A DNA stretch of 63,905 nucleotides, filler included, from Octopus bimaculoides (lineage: Eukaryota), in NCBI RefSeq assembly GCF_001194135.2. It is 5 parts of 5 records of this genome, joined end to end, with 100 filler letters (N's around TTAATTAATTAA, not from the genome) between each part and the next. Parts side by side here need not be neighbours in the genome. Positions count along the whole stretch, not along the records: positions 17,999 to 34,730 come from NW_026439905.1; positions 34,831 to 55,814 come from NC_068983.1; 3 more parts are not named here. One strand, given 5' to 3'. Within the stretch, counting starts at the first letter, position 1, and the number at the start of each line of letters is the position of its first letter. The notes beneath the pieces are model-generated. The model searched no databases, had not been told where the DNA came from, and saw only the letters and a program-made list of their open reading frames with translations. The position numbers and the translations under genes were made by a program. Positions 25,091 to 38,040 of the stretch are shown piece by piece.

Positions 25091-26014
25091 CAGTTCACTT
25101 TTTCATTACCTCTAGGAAAAATTTTTCTTTTTAAAATTTACAAACAATGGCGTTCATTGCGGTAGCAACTGAAAATGGAGAAGTGAAAAAGAGATGGGGG
25201 TGAGAAGCTTGAGTAACAGCACGATTACTGCCAGCCTACTTTCACCACTTAGTGTCACTAGCAACAACAGCAAGACTGCTGACAGTAGTGAAGGCAACAT
25301 CCGCATTACGCTACCACGAATAATACTAACTCTATCGTCAACGTTGAAAGACGAGTGACTGGTTGCGCGTAGCTATTGCTGCGAATACCAGTAGCAACGC
25401 TAATACTCCACTGTTTCCATCATAATAGTTGCAGCTGTCACCAACATCAGTGCCGCGAGAACTTTTTAAATAATTACTGGTAAAAAAAAAAAAAAAACCC
25501 TTTCTGGAATTTTAAATGAGTATTTCCAAGGGTCTCCCCACAGTTCATGTAATCTATTAAAACCTCAACCTTTCACATTGCCTCAGCTTCTCAGCATTTT
25601 GTCATCTTTTATCATTTTTAGCTTTTCGTTTCTCCATCACTAATTGCTAATTTCTCAGGATCTAGTTAAACTGATTCACCAAATCTGCATTTTTTAAAAG
25701 GAAGTTAAAAAATCTGAAAATCTGAAACTAACTAGATCCATTTCTCAATTGTCACTTTGTTCTACCTGTTCATTCCTCCTATCACGTTTACAAGTGCCTT
25801 AACCTCTCTTAGCTTAGAGTCCCCTATCTCTTTCCGGCACTACACTTTAGTTCCCCTTTTCACCTTCCCAACCTCTCCTACTAACGGTGTTACCCTGTTA
25901 TCTCTCTGTACTAGACCACAACTATGTTGCCTGAGATACACCAACATAATAAACATCTATTATCAGTAAAAGCAGCAGCAGCGGTAGCAACAACAGCTAT
26001 AATTCTTTCTAATC

Positions 26015-26265
26015 GGGCGGCGAGCTGGAAGAATCGTTAGCACGCCGGGCGAAATGCTTAACGGTAATTCGTCTGCCGTTACGTTCTGAATTCAAATTCC
26101 GCCGAGGTCGACTTTGCCTTTCATCCTTTCGGGGTCGATTAAATAAGTACCAGTTACGCACTGAGGTCGATGTAATCGACTTAATCCCTTTGTCTGTCCT
26201 TGTTTGTCCCCTCTATGTTTACCCCCACCCCCTGTGGGCAATAAAGAAATAAAGAAATAAAGAAT
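26015..26265 (+). mobile_element. SINE family B, full-length
   Basis: ggcggcgagctggaagaatcg...ttcaaattccgccgaggtcgactttgcctttcatcctttcggggtcgattaaataagtaccag...(aaagaaat)n tail. Confidence 0.9.
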
Positions 26266-26461
26266 TCTTTCCATTATAGTGTACATGTCCTGAATNNNNN
26301 NNNNNNNNNNNNNNNNNNNNNNNNNNNNNNNNNNNNNNNNNNNNNNNNNNNNNNNNNNNNNNNNNNNNNNNNNNNNNNNNNNNNNNNNNNNNNNNNNNNN
26401 NNNNNNNNNNNNNNNNNNNNNNNNNNNNNNNNNNNNNNNNNNNNNNNNNNNNNNNNNNNNN

Positions 26462-27137
26462 GTATCCTGACCTCCTAACATACTGCAAATCCCTTATTTT
26501 TGTTTGGAAAAAAGGTGGGGAGGGGGGGGGGCTCGACCTCCCATATCCTGGAATCATTAGAATTTTTTTTTTTTTCGTTGAATAAATTACGGTGACCTCC
26601 TAATATGCCACAAACCCCTTTTTATGGCCCGGAAAACGGAGTTGGGTGGAACCCTCGGAAATTCCACCCCACCCCCACCCCCACACATTTTCAAATAGTT
26701 TTTTCCTGTTTCTTTCTTTACCCATATTTTTAGGTAACAATTTGCAGAAATACCTTTTCGAGAGAGTGTGTAATCCACATTAGATGGAAAATTCAAACAA
26801 GTTTGAAAAGAATATTGAAAAGAATTAGTGAAAATGCAGAGGTTATAGAAGTTAGTGGTAACGAAGTCTGTGGAGAGATAAAGGATTTAAAAGAATTCAT
26901 CTAAAAAAACACGCAAGAGGTTGTGTATGTGTGTGAAACAAGTTAAAGTATAATATTAAAATAAAATATCTTTTTCATACCTCTTAAAACTCACTCGATA
27001 TAATATAATATAATATAATATAATATAATATAATCCCAGATTACAAAATAGATTTAAATGACAAATCCATTTTCCCTATACAATTTTTGGCGCCGAAGTC
27101 GGGTAACTAATGCGTTTCATTTTTGTGTATATGTATG

Positions 27138-27230
<93 letters not shown>

Positions 27231-28160
27231 TAAGTGAGTGAGTGAGTGAGTGAGTGACGAAGTTTACCTAAACTTTCAATGGCATGGCAATATGTTATAT
27301 TATATTTAGATGATCAACGGTTAACGTCTGCTTTCCATGGTGGCATAGGTTTCACTGAGTTCTGGCAAGCCAGGAGGCTACACCAGGCTTCAACCTGTTC
27401 TGGCAATGTTTCTATAGCTGGATGCCCTTCCTAACGTCAACCACTCCGAGAGTGTTGTGGGTGCTATTTAAGTGCCACCGGCACGGGGGTAGTCAGACAG
27501 CACTGACAGCGACCATGCTCGAATGGTGCTTTTTACGTGCCGCCGGCACTGGCATATATAATACGCGACCGATGCCAGTGCTGGCGGCACGTAAAAAGCA
27601 CCATTCGAGCACCACCGTAATTCATTCAACGAAAAAAAAAAAAATTTCCAATGATTCCAGGATATAGGGGTGAGAAGTCTGGTTTCACACCCACCCCTTT
27701 TTTTCCGAGCAAAAATGAGGGTTTTGCGGCATATTAGGAAGTCAAGGTACTTGATTCCGCTCAAAAAATCTGAGTTGATTCTTTTTTTTTTTCTGAGTGA
27801 AAATCGTGCGGGTGTACTTCCCAAGGGTAGCAGGGATGGGTGAAATTTCCGAGGGTTCCGTCCCCACCCCCAGCCCGTTTTCCGGACCAAAAAATAGATT
27901 TTGAGGCATATTAGAAGGTCACCTTAATTCATTCAACGAAAAAAAACAAATTCCAATTATTCCAGAAAAGGGTGTGGTTGCCGGCTCCCCCCCCCCCCCC
28001 NNNNNNNNNNNNNNNNNNNNNNNNNNNNNNNNNTTTTTTCCGAACAAAAATAAGGGTTTGCGGCATATTAGAAGGTCAGGTTACTTGATTACCCGCAAAA
28101 AAAAAAAAAAAAAAAATCCGGTTTTTTTTTTCTTAGTGAAAATCGTGCGGGTGAAAGTAT
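26462..28160. mobile_element. Foldback-like element with modular inverted arms
   Basis: Module ggcatattagaaggtca occurs on + at ~27729, ~27905 and ~28060, and on - at ~26468 and ~26594. The cattcaacgaaaaaa..ttccaatgattccag block is also shared in inverted orientation. Confidence 0.55.
27318..27615 (-). mobile_element. SINE family D (Ceph-SINE-like core with RTE-like tail)
   Basis: Reverse complement of actctcggagtggttgacgttaggaagggcatccagctatagaa...catggaaagcagacgttaa. Homologous to 55915-56238. Confidence 0.75.
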
Positions 28161-28170
28161 CGAAATTTAT

Positions 28171-28330
28171 CGCTGATTACATTGACGCCAGTACTCGGCT
28201 GGTTCTTATTTTATCGACCAGGAAAGGATGAAAAACAAAATCGGAATTTGAACTCAGTGTTAAGGCAGAAAAAAACACCGCTTAGCATTTAGTCCGGCGT
28301 GATAACGATTCTGCCAGTTCACCGCCTTAA
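28171..28330 (-). mobile_element. SINE family B, diverged
   Basis: Reverse-complement head (aaggcggtgaactggcagaatcg) and core. Confidence 0.7.
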
Positions 28331-28474
28331 CAGCAACAATAATAATAATAATAATAATAATATCAAGGTAGCTTGTCATTGATTTTTCTTTTGATTAGAA
28401 TGTTCAAACCATAACAACCGTAAGGGTTGTCATAGACTCAACTTCTGAAATCGTCAATTCAACGAATAAGCAAT

Positions 28475-28675
28475 TACGAGGGTGTGCTGAAAAGTTACTG
28501 GCTTTGGGTAAAAGAAAATACAGGAGGATCAGTTATTTATGATTTTCTCCAACATATTCCCCTCTCAGATTCCTTCAGTTTTTCTAAGCCCTGTAAAAGA
28601 ACTCGGAAGGTTGGGCTTCCAGCCAGGCCTTTCGCGACACCCTTAAATCCAGGATCTTTTCAGCGCCCTCTCGTA
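28475..28675. mobile_element. Mariner-type MITE (~200 bp)
   Basis: Left end tacgagggtgtgctgaaaag; right end cttttcagcgccctctcgta (17/20 match to the reverse complement). TA at both outer ends. Confidence 0.65.
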
Positions 28676-29199
28676 GAAAGGGGAGTACTTGAAGACCGTC
28701 CACAGGAACGAGCGGTTTCGTCACTCGTACCAAACAAAACGAAACAGTGGGGTGTGATTCTCTTAGAAGGGTAGATGAAACGACAAGAATGAATATTTCA
28801 CACTAATCCCCGCTTATATGGCCCAGCAGGTGAAGAAGTTTTGGATGAGGGTAACACTGCAACAAGTGGGTAGTAGTATTGTTGTAATTGTTTAGCTCCA
28901 GATTTATGTTGATATTGCATGACTGTAATCAAAGAATATTCCGGTTGGTAGAGTATAATATGAGGGAGATTGAATAATTTACTTTCTGGTATACGAAAAG
29001 ACTTAAAGATCACTGCGAAAACGACTTTGATCTAGTTTCAGTGGTGCCTTAATAAATTTTGACCAGTTTAAAGCGTCCGATAGGATTATCCATTGTTATC
29101 AAGCTACTTTCTTAAGTGTAGCTATTTTTCGGTTCCGTTTTCTTTTCTGTGTACAATGGCTTCTGCTCGAGGGTAAGACTACATGACCACCGATAGGAA

Positions 29200-29290
29200 C
29201 CGTTCCAAATTACACGCTCGGTCCGTCAAGGGTTCGAGAATGTCTCCTCTCATTACTTATGTGTGCTCTGGTTCATGACTCATTACTGTG

Positions 29291-29328
<38 letters not shown>

Positions 29329-29870
29329 TAAGGAACACTGTGCTCCAATAAGGATATAAGAGCCCTTTGTCTACATACACGGATGACGTCATCGCTGTGT
29401 AAAACATCTCAGAAACTGGCACCATATTGAAAGTATACACTGGTAACACCCTTACCTAAAAAAGCATCAATGACAATTCGAAATCAAGATAAGAGGGAGG
29501 AGAAAACATACCAGCGCCACTTCAACACATTTATTGGGAGTTACATGTATGGATTAAAACTGTTTGATTCAAATTCTGTGGTTCTTAAAGTTGCAAAGCG
29601 TGACGCTTTTCCTCAGCCATTGGAAATTCAGATTTCCAATGACTGAGGATAAGCAAAACAAGTGGGAACTTTAAGTACCACGGAATTTGAATCAAACTGT
29701 TTTGGTCCATGGATGGACTGAACAGAAAGAACATAACAAAGAGAAACATTAGACGAAAACACAGCAAAAGGAAAACTAGACGTAAACATAACAAACGGAA
29801 AATTAAACAAAAACACGATACACGGAAAATTCGCAGCAGATTTCTTTCCTCATCAGTCAATGACCAAGAT
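29200..29870 (+). pseudogene. Possible very degenerate Penelope-like RT/terminal fragment
   Basis: GSRMSPLITY-like and YTDDVIAV-like patches in different frames. The hairpin at 29605-29654 lies within it. Confidence 0.25.
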
Positions 29871-29889
29871 ATCCTCGTGGTTTCGCATA

Positions 29890-29924
<35 letters not shown>

Positions 29925-31329
29925 NNNNNNNNNNNNNNNNNNNNNNNNNNNNNNNNNNNNNNNNNNNNNNNNNNNNNNNNNNNNNNNNNNNNNNNNNNNN
30001 NNNNNNNNNNNNNNNNNNNNNNNNNNNNNNNNNNNNNNNNNNNNNNNNNNNNNNNNNNNNNNNNNNNNNNNNNNNNNNNNNNNNNNNNNNNNNNNNNNNN
30101 NNNNNNNNNNNNNNNNNNNNNNNNNNNNNNNNNNNNNNNNNNNNNNNNNNNNNNNNNNNNNNNNNNNNNNNNNNNNNNNNNNNNNNNNNNNNNNNNNNNN
30201 NNNNNNNNNNNNNNNNNNNNNNNNNNNNNNNNNNNNNNNNNNNNNNNNNNNNNNNNNNNNNNNNNNNNNNNNNNNNNNNNNNNNNNNNNNNNNNNNNNNN
30301 NNNNNNNAAGCGTTATGTATGTATGTATATTGTATGTATGTATATTGTATGTATGTATATTGTATGTATGTATGTATGTATGTGTGTGGTCGAAAGACAC
30401 CTGTTGTTAATGTCCTGTTGTTTGTATTTGCATTTATATTTGTGTACCATTTCTCCGGGGTTTTTTTTCCGTCCTTGTTTTCGTATACATTCGCTGCTTT
30501 CTTCCAGGGAATCTAGTGCTCTTAGCTTAGATTTTCCTTGGGGCTGGCCAGATTGGAGTAGTCTCCAGTATAACCAGCCGAAACTTCAAATCCAATCTGG
30601 AACTTGACTGACGAAAGAAAACTCCGAATGACCCGTCCTTATTTTTTCCTGTCCCTTTTTTGTATCCTTTGTCTGGATGTTTTGCGTTCTTGTCCGGGGC
30701 TGTTTGTTAAGTATGCCTGTTTGGTTATTAAACCATTCACGGATGCACCTCTGAACTGAATGAAAGAAATCATAATGGCAGATGTTCTCTGCATTGTTTG
30801 AATTATTTAGCGCAATAGTGAACATGCAGAGTCATACGCCCACACCATTATCATTGTTTTCCATTGGGACAGTTGGTCCATCTGTAAAAAACCGGCAGTA
30901 ATTGAGTTTATTTTTCTTACCACATTGCTACTGACATGTGCTGTTTAGCAGATGGAAAGGTTGAGCCTAAAGATATGACATAAAGAGAAATAGTATGTTT
31001 ACTTGCTGTTTCGTTGGGTTGTAAGTCGAACTGCGCGTTGTACAGCAGTAAAATGTAGTTGGCAAAAATGTTAATCAAACAGACCGAATTAAAGGATTTT
31101 TAATTTTGAGTAAGAGTTTGAAGTGGCTAGTTTAAGTTGGAAAAATTATATGAAAAAGAGCGCTCACGTGAAAACAGAGGCAAATCGTAACTCGCAAATG
31201 AATACTGCTGGCAGTACTGTGCAAGCAGTCGATAAGAGCTCGCCACAGCTAACAAAGTAAAGTATTGATTTTTGTCCAGCTGGGTGTGTGTCACGTTTTT
31301 TCGCTGGCTCAAGCCAAATCCTAGGCGAA

Positions 31330-31509
31330 TTGAGAGTAGGCTATTTATGTTGTGGGCGCGGAATTTCGAAGAAGAAATTATAAGAAAAAGCGTCCTAAGT
31401 CAAAGAGAGCACACATGTCAAATTTGGTGAAATTCGGTTGAAAATTGTAGAAGTGGTTCACAAAACACACACACAGACAGACAACTTGCCTTTTAATATA
31501 TAAGATAGA
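31330..31509 (-). mobile_element. Non-autonomous Helitron 5' end
   Basis: Minus strand TCTATCTTATATATTAAAAGGCAAGTTGTCTGTCTGTGTG...CAACCGAATTTCACCAAATTTG has the same architecture as the 5' ends at 19959 and 57589. Confidence 0.6.
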
Positions 31510-31684
31510 AAAATGCACGTGTTTTATACAAAACATTCTGTGAATAGCACTTTTATACTATATAATATATAATGTTGTATATTATATATCATGTGTTACT
31601 GTATTTTTTTGCTTAATAGACGTGCATTTTTCTATATTCATAATGAATGAAATTTATGTGTGTGTGCGTGTGAACATATATAAT

Positions 31685-31773
<89 letters not shown>

Positions 31774-32642
31774 ATATGAAATGGCATAAGAAGAAAAAAT
31801 AAGCTGTTGTGGAAATCAGTAAAGCTTATCAAAGAAAATACAGTTATAAAGTTTAAGAAAATAAATACTAATGTATAATTAATATTAAAATGTTGTGTGG
31901 AAAATTCCACGACGATTGAAAGCATTACATAGATCATGAAGGAGTCCACTTCCACAATGAAACGGTTAATATGGAAATTTACCTCGAGAATGCGCCCACG
32001 AGGAGTCTGTACGTGGTCGGTTGCTCCGCTAGAAATAGCAGCCACATTCTTATAATTATTACAAAGCGAAAGAAAATCGCATTACAAGAAGTAGTCCTAG
32101 GCTTCCCTTAAGAAGACGGTATATTTTGAATGTGCAAATATTTTAAACTATATTTCTACTCTATGAGGTATATATTGATCTGGGAGATAATAATAATCAC
32201 ATGGAGGATTGTTCCAGAAAATTACTCATGCAACTTAAAGAGTTAATATAGAAAACGAATATTGATTGCATCTTCGTTGTTGACATATCATTTAGAGTAA
32301 GGAGAAAGAAACAGAAAAAGACGGAAAGGGGGAAAGAGAAAGAAACAGAAAGACTAAACTAATATTCAACCTTTGAAAACGAACGAACACAAAAAATAAA
32401 ATTTAAAAAAATAAATAAAAGCTGCACCATGTGCATTTCTGTGGAGTGAGTGGGAATTTTCTCATGTTAATTTATTTCTAATTTGCTTCGTCATAACTTT
32501 TTAACATTTTGTACGAAACGAGTGAGTGAATACTTTGCTTTCAATCACTTTATTCTAGTGCAATTCTTTCTGTGCAAGTGAATATTTAAGCAGATCCGCG
32601 CGAAATTTCACTCATTTTTCCACCTTTGGTCAATGCTGCGAC

Positions 32643-32735
32643 ATGGCGGAAGTGTTCGCAAACACATCACTGAGTGTTACCGATATTGTTATTGTTGCAG
32701 TTTATTTTGCATTTGTTTTATTCGTTGGATTATGG
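32643..32735 (+). CDS. First coding exon of a probable SLC5 (SGLT/SMIT-type) sodium:solute symporter
   Basis: gacATGG start, MAEVFANTSLSVTDIVIVAVYFAFVLFVGLW, then an immediate phase-0 GTAAGT donor (32736-41). It matches the SLC5 first TM segment (human SGLT1 DISIIVIYFVVVMAVGLW). Too short for the ORF track. Subfamily cannot be assigned. Confidence 0.75.
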
Positions 32736-33606
32736 GTAAGTAAAACAAACAAATAATAATATTTTATTTCTCTGTTACTTTTTAATTATATCTTAAACAG
32801 TTTCTTGTTTACATCGTTTTCTTCTCGCTAGCATCTGGAACTTTCTCCGTCTACCTGTGTTTATACACGCACGCACGCATGCACACGCGCATTATGTTTG
32901 TTTGTGTGTATATATTTTGGCTACCGAATCAACAAGAGCGCAAAGTCTATTCTGTGATTACATGCCGGCCATTTATGTATATATATATATATATATGGAA
33001 GGAAAAGTCGAAATCCACTTTATTTTATTTTTTACAAAGTTTTACTATTATGTAACAATGACACCAAGCTCATTTTTAAGGTGAATTTCATGTTTTCCCA
33101 ATGATTTTTTATGTGTTTTGGCTGTCGGACCCCCCCCCCCCAAAAAAAAACGTCGTTCTTTAGGTGAATCAACCCCTCGAAGTGAGACAGGTGTAATCGA
33201 ATAGCGCAAGGATGACATCCTTATATATAGTAGATCTACCCCAGGTGCCTTCTAAAGCACTTTTGGTGGAGTTTGTGGAAGGAAATTACGATTTTTTTTT
33301 CAAATATTTCAATTCTTTAAAACTCTTTTTCAATAATTGTTCATTTTATGTTATGGAATTCTCACCCAATCCCATAACCATTTATGAGGGACAGCTTATT
33401 GCAAAACACCGCTGCATTTTGGATGCTAGGACGCCTTAACACATTTGGGCCTGGTCTGCGATTAATGCGAAGAATTGGATAAAAATAATGCAACGCATCT
33501 CGCCAGCCGTTCTTACAATAATACCAAACCTGTTACGTTGGACTTGTATTTTATTTTACTACTCCATGCCGGTCGTTTATATTTATATATTGGCAATCAT
33601 ACGTTA

Positions 33607-33664
<58 letters not shown>

Positions 33665-33729
33665 GCATATATATGTGTGTGTGTATGTGTAGACCGCACC
33701 CCCTTTCGGTTATTCATTATTTTTTTTTC

Positions 33730-34267
33730 TACAGAAACCCACCTTTTCGACTGCGGAGATTCCAAATCTGCGAAAAAATAAATCGACATTTCAAAATTTT
33801 AATTCCCCCTCTACCAACTCCCCTCATCTCAGTTTTTCACTTTTTTTAGAAATATATTTTTGGCGAAATACGTAGGAAAATACGGAGATTATAATTTCAG
33901 AAACAAAAAATAAACATCCATTCCCCTACTACTAAAATAGCAGACGTAAAAAGTATCTAAACGACGAATCACGTTTTCAAAATTTTTCTTTCCTCATCCA
34001 ATATTTTTCTTTGGGCCAGAGGAGTGGCGAGGGGTAAAATTAAACTTTTGAAAACGTGTTTTGGGGGTGTTCAATTTATAAGTACGCTCCAAACGAAAAG
34101 TCCGACAAGTTAAAAACAAAAGCCAAACCGAAGATCCACTTTCTAAATACGAATTACCAAAAAAGAAAAAAATTTAAAGAATGTCATTTTGTTGTGTGTG
34201 TGTGTGTGCCGACTTTTTTTTTTTTGCAGATTCGGAATCTCCGTACTGGAAAAGGTGGATTTCTGTA
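33730..34267. mobile_element. MITE with ~60-bp TIRs, Tc1/mariner-type ends
   Basis: TA|CAGAAACCCACCTTTTCGACTGCGGAGATTCCAAATCTGC at the left; ...GCAGATTCGGAATCTCCGTACTGGAAAAGGTGGATTTCTG|TA at the right. Confidence 0.75.
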
Positions 34268-34329
34268 TATATATATTTTATCATTTATTTATGCGCCCTT
34301 TTAAAGCCTAGCCAGGCTCATGGGCCCAA

Positions 34330-34588
34330 TTTCCATGGCGTATGTGTTCCCCCCAGCTGTATGGGACGCCAGTCCATCGCAGCATTACTCAAGAAACAGG
34401 AAGAAAGAGTGAGTGAAAGTTGGGGCAAAAGAGTACAACAGGGGTCGCCACCATCCCCTGCCGGAGCCTCATGGAGCTTTAGGTGTTTTCACTCAATAAA
34501 CACCCACAACGCCCGGTCTGAGAATTGAAACCATGATCCTCCAACCACGCGTCCGCTGCCCTAACCACTGGGCCATTGCACCTCCACG
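34330..34588 (-). mobile_element. SINE family C, 5' part
   Basis: Reverse-complement tRNA-like head gtggaggtgcaatggcccagtggttagggcagcgg...ggtttcaattc. Homologous to 37900-38040. Confidence 0.75.
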
Positions 34589-35985
34589 CGCGCACACACA
34601 CACACACTCACATACACACACTCACATACACACGCCCATATGAAAGTTTCACATCGCCTAAACAAACAAATTGAAAGCAATGAAAAGTCCCACCTGAAAA
34701 TACAACTGCTGGAGATTGAAAAAAATCTGCNNNNNNNNNNNNNNNNNNNNNNNNNNNNNNNNNNNNNNNNNNNNTTAATTAATTAANNNNNNNNNNNNNN
34801 NNNNNNNNNNNNNNNNNNNNNNNNNNNNNNATATATATATATATATATAATCATAAATATATAGGGATTAACAGTAACCTGCTTCTCCAACATACTGAGA
34901 ATTCAGAAATAGCAGTCAAAGAACTACTGATTTCAAAACTACAAATTATTACTCCAGATTGATAGCAATATTTTTGATACACACAGAACAAAAAACAATA
35001 GAGAAGAGTAAAAAACACTTGCCTTTAGTTAATTTAGTACAATTGTTTCACAGTTAAGAGTACATAATACTCTATTCTGATCTTCAGCTAAATATTCTAA
35101 TAAATTTGTTAATGTCTAAATAGCTCACGTTAATTTTGACCATGTGAACATCAATACCACGCGAGGAAGACGTTAAGAAATTTATCGGCCAGTAAGTTCA
35201 AAATCTCTCGCCCTAATGAATTTCATATGCGCGAGTATGTGCATGTGTGCATGTGTATGCATGTATCTATGTATTTATATGCATACATGTATATGAGTGT
35301 GTGTGTACGTGCCTGCATGCGGTTCTTAATGTCGAACTAATGAGAATGGAGTGCTCAATACATACTGCTGGTATTCTTTAGCTGCTTTTCTTGAAATCCT
35401 TTTTTTCTTTTACAACTGAAGTTGATGGTTTATCTGGTGACCCTAGTTGTGAAACAAACTCACAAATTCATTTTAATAATATATAGACGCATCCATGCAC
35501 ACACACACACACACACACACTCAAACGCACGCACATACTTTTATACATACACACATACATAGATATATACACAAGCATACATACATACGTAAGTTTCAAA
35601 AATTAAACACAAGCAGAACAAGGAACGATTGGAAAGTTCACGCACAAGAAACGGACATGTTTTTTCTTCGTCACTTATCGTCCAAAAATCATTTAAATTT
35701 CATGCTTACATACATAAATACGCACATACATACATACATACATACATACATTAAACAGAAGGAGAAGCAGCGAAAGGAAAACATACACATATCATGGACA
35801 TACTCTTTCCTCGTCAGCTATCGTCCCAAAAATTCTTACATCTTCACGCACATGCATAAATATATTTTCAGACAAAAACCTGAGCACACAAACGCACAAA
35901 TTACACACACACTCACACAGACATTGACATATAATCATGTATTTGAGTGTGTGACTTTGTGTGTGTGTGTGTGTGTGTGCGTGTG

Positions 35986-36044
<59 letters not shown>

Positions 36045-36654
36045 ATACGTGCGCGTGTGTATCGTCTCTCAAGTACGCTGGATGGTCTTCATTATTGCTA
36101 GCTGCAATATTGTTAATTTGCAAGCCTCATGCAAACCTAAAAGCACAGACATACGTGCGCAGGCGCACTCATATGTACATACATACAACATGCATACATA
36201 CATGCATAAATGCACACATACAAATACACGTATGCATTTACATACGTGCATGCTTATGTATATATGTACGTATATGTGCATGATACGTTTGTGCATACGT
36301 GCATTTCAAAGATTAATTTAATGAATAATCAAATAATTTTCGCAGTTAATGGCTGGAACCATGGGAACCATGGTTCTGTAACTACTGTTTCAAAGTGTTT
36401 AAAATCCTCAGAAACATTAACACTTCCAGAACAAAACCTGAACAAGCTAAAGAGGGAACCTGTGCCTGGCTACCTGATCGGCTAGAAATAGCAACCAAAT
36501 ATTTCTGAAGCTCACCCTGCTGTTTCAAATAATGAGCATTTTTCGGAAATATAGTCGTGGCTGGATTGTTTATTATTATAGGTTGTCCTAGCTGTAAACA
36601 GCATCACTTTGAGTTCGCAGATACAGTTTTTAAATCAGTGAAGTAAAAACTCAT

Positions 36655-36865
36655 TTACTCTTTTACTCATTTACTTGTTTCAGTCATTTGACTGCGACCA
36701 TGCTGGAGCACCACCTTTAGTCGAGCAAATCGACCCTAGGACTTATTCTTTGTAAGCCTAATACTTATTCTATCGGTCTCTTTTGCCGAACTGCTAAGTT
36801 GCGGGGACGTAAACACACGAGCATCGGTTGTCAAGCAACGCTGGGGGGATAAACACAGACACACG

Positions 36866-36931
<66 letters not shown>

Positions 36932-37119
36932 CATTTATATATGTATGTATATATACATATATACGACGGGCTTTTTTCAGTTTCCTTCTACCAAATCCAC
37001 CCACAAGGCCTTGGTCGGCCCGAGGTTATAGAAGAAGACACTTGCCCGAGGTGTCATGCAGTGGGACTGAACCCAGAATTATGTGGTTGGTAAGTAAGCT
37101 ACTTACCACACAGCTACTC
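36655..37119 (-). mobile_element. SINE family A, full-length with expanded internal (CA)/(TA) tract
   Basis: Colinear with 24593-24988. Confidence 0.9.
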
Positions 37120-37217
37120 TACAAACATAGATATTAATATGCACCGTAACATGCACATCAGCACATACATACATATGCACACACACTCATACATACATAC
37201 ATACATACATACATACA

Positions 37218-37249
<32 letters not shown>

Positions 37250-37673
37250 AATCTGTACTATAAGATATAGATTCACAGAATCACGTGGCTATCACACAAA
37301 GATCTTCGTACGGACTCGGCGAACAGTCCACATAGTAACCCGGTACAGAGTAATTACCATGATATTCTTGTAGTCTGATGAACTAGCTTTCTTTATTTGA
37401 ATTGATTTCTGAATATACTGTTGTATCGTATAAATACCTAGCGTACACATTAACGCAAATATGTAAACATATCTTCAACACTAAAGTTAATATTACATGA
37501 AGAAGGTTGCAAAATGGCTGTAATCCTGAAGATATCACGTCGTTACGCAAATATATATTCTACTCTCATATCACCAGACGCTTTTGGTTTACATACACGC
37601 ATACATAAACATACATACAAATATGCATGTACACATATAAACATACATACACACATACATACAAACAGTGTTG

Positions 37674-38040
37674 TTGTTGTTGGCACTCCGTCACTTACGA
37701 CGTCGAGGGTTCCAGTTGATACGATCAACGGAACAGCCTGCTCGTGAAATTAACGTGCAAGTGGCTGAGCACTCCACAGACACGTGTACCCTTAACGTAG
37801 TTCTAGGGGATATTCAGCGTGACACAGTGTAACAAGGGTGACTCTTTGAATTACAGGTACAACAGAAACAGGAAGTAACAGTGAGAGAAAGTTGTGGTGG
37901 AAGAGTACAGCAGGGTTCGCCACCATCCCCTGGCGGAGCCCCGTGGAGCTTTAGGTGTTTTCGCTCAATAAACACTCACAATACCCGGTCTGGGGATCGA
38001 AACCGCGATCCCCCTAACCACTGGGCCATTTCGTCTCCAC
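37674..38040 (-). mobile_element. SINE family C (tRNA-like head, LINE-like tail ending ...gacggagtgccaacaacaac)
   Basis: A-box tggcccagtgg and B-box ggtttcgatccc on the minus strand. The body is shared with 48240-48530. Confidence 0.8.

Noticed and set aside
37900-38040. tRNA-like A/B boxes (here and in other SINE heads)
   Set aside because: They are SINE promoters with no complete cloverleaf or acceptor stem, so not called tRNA genes.
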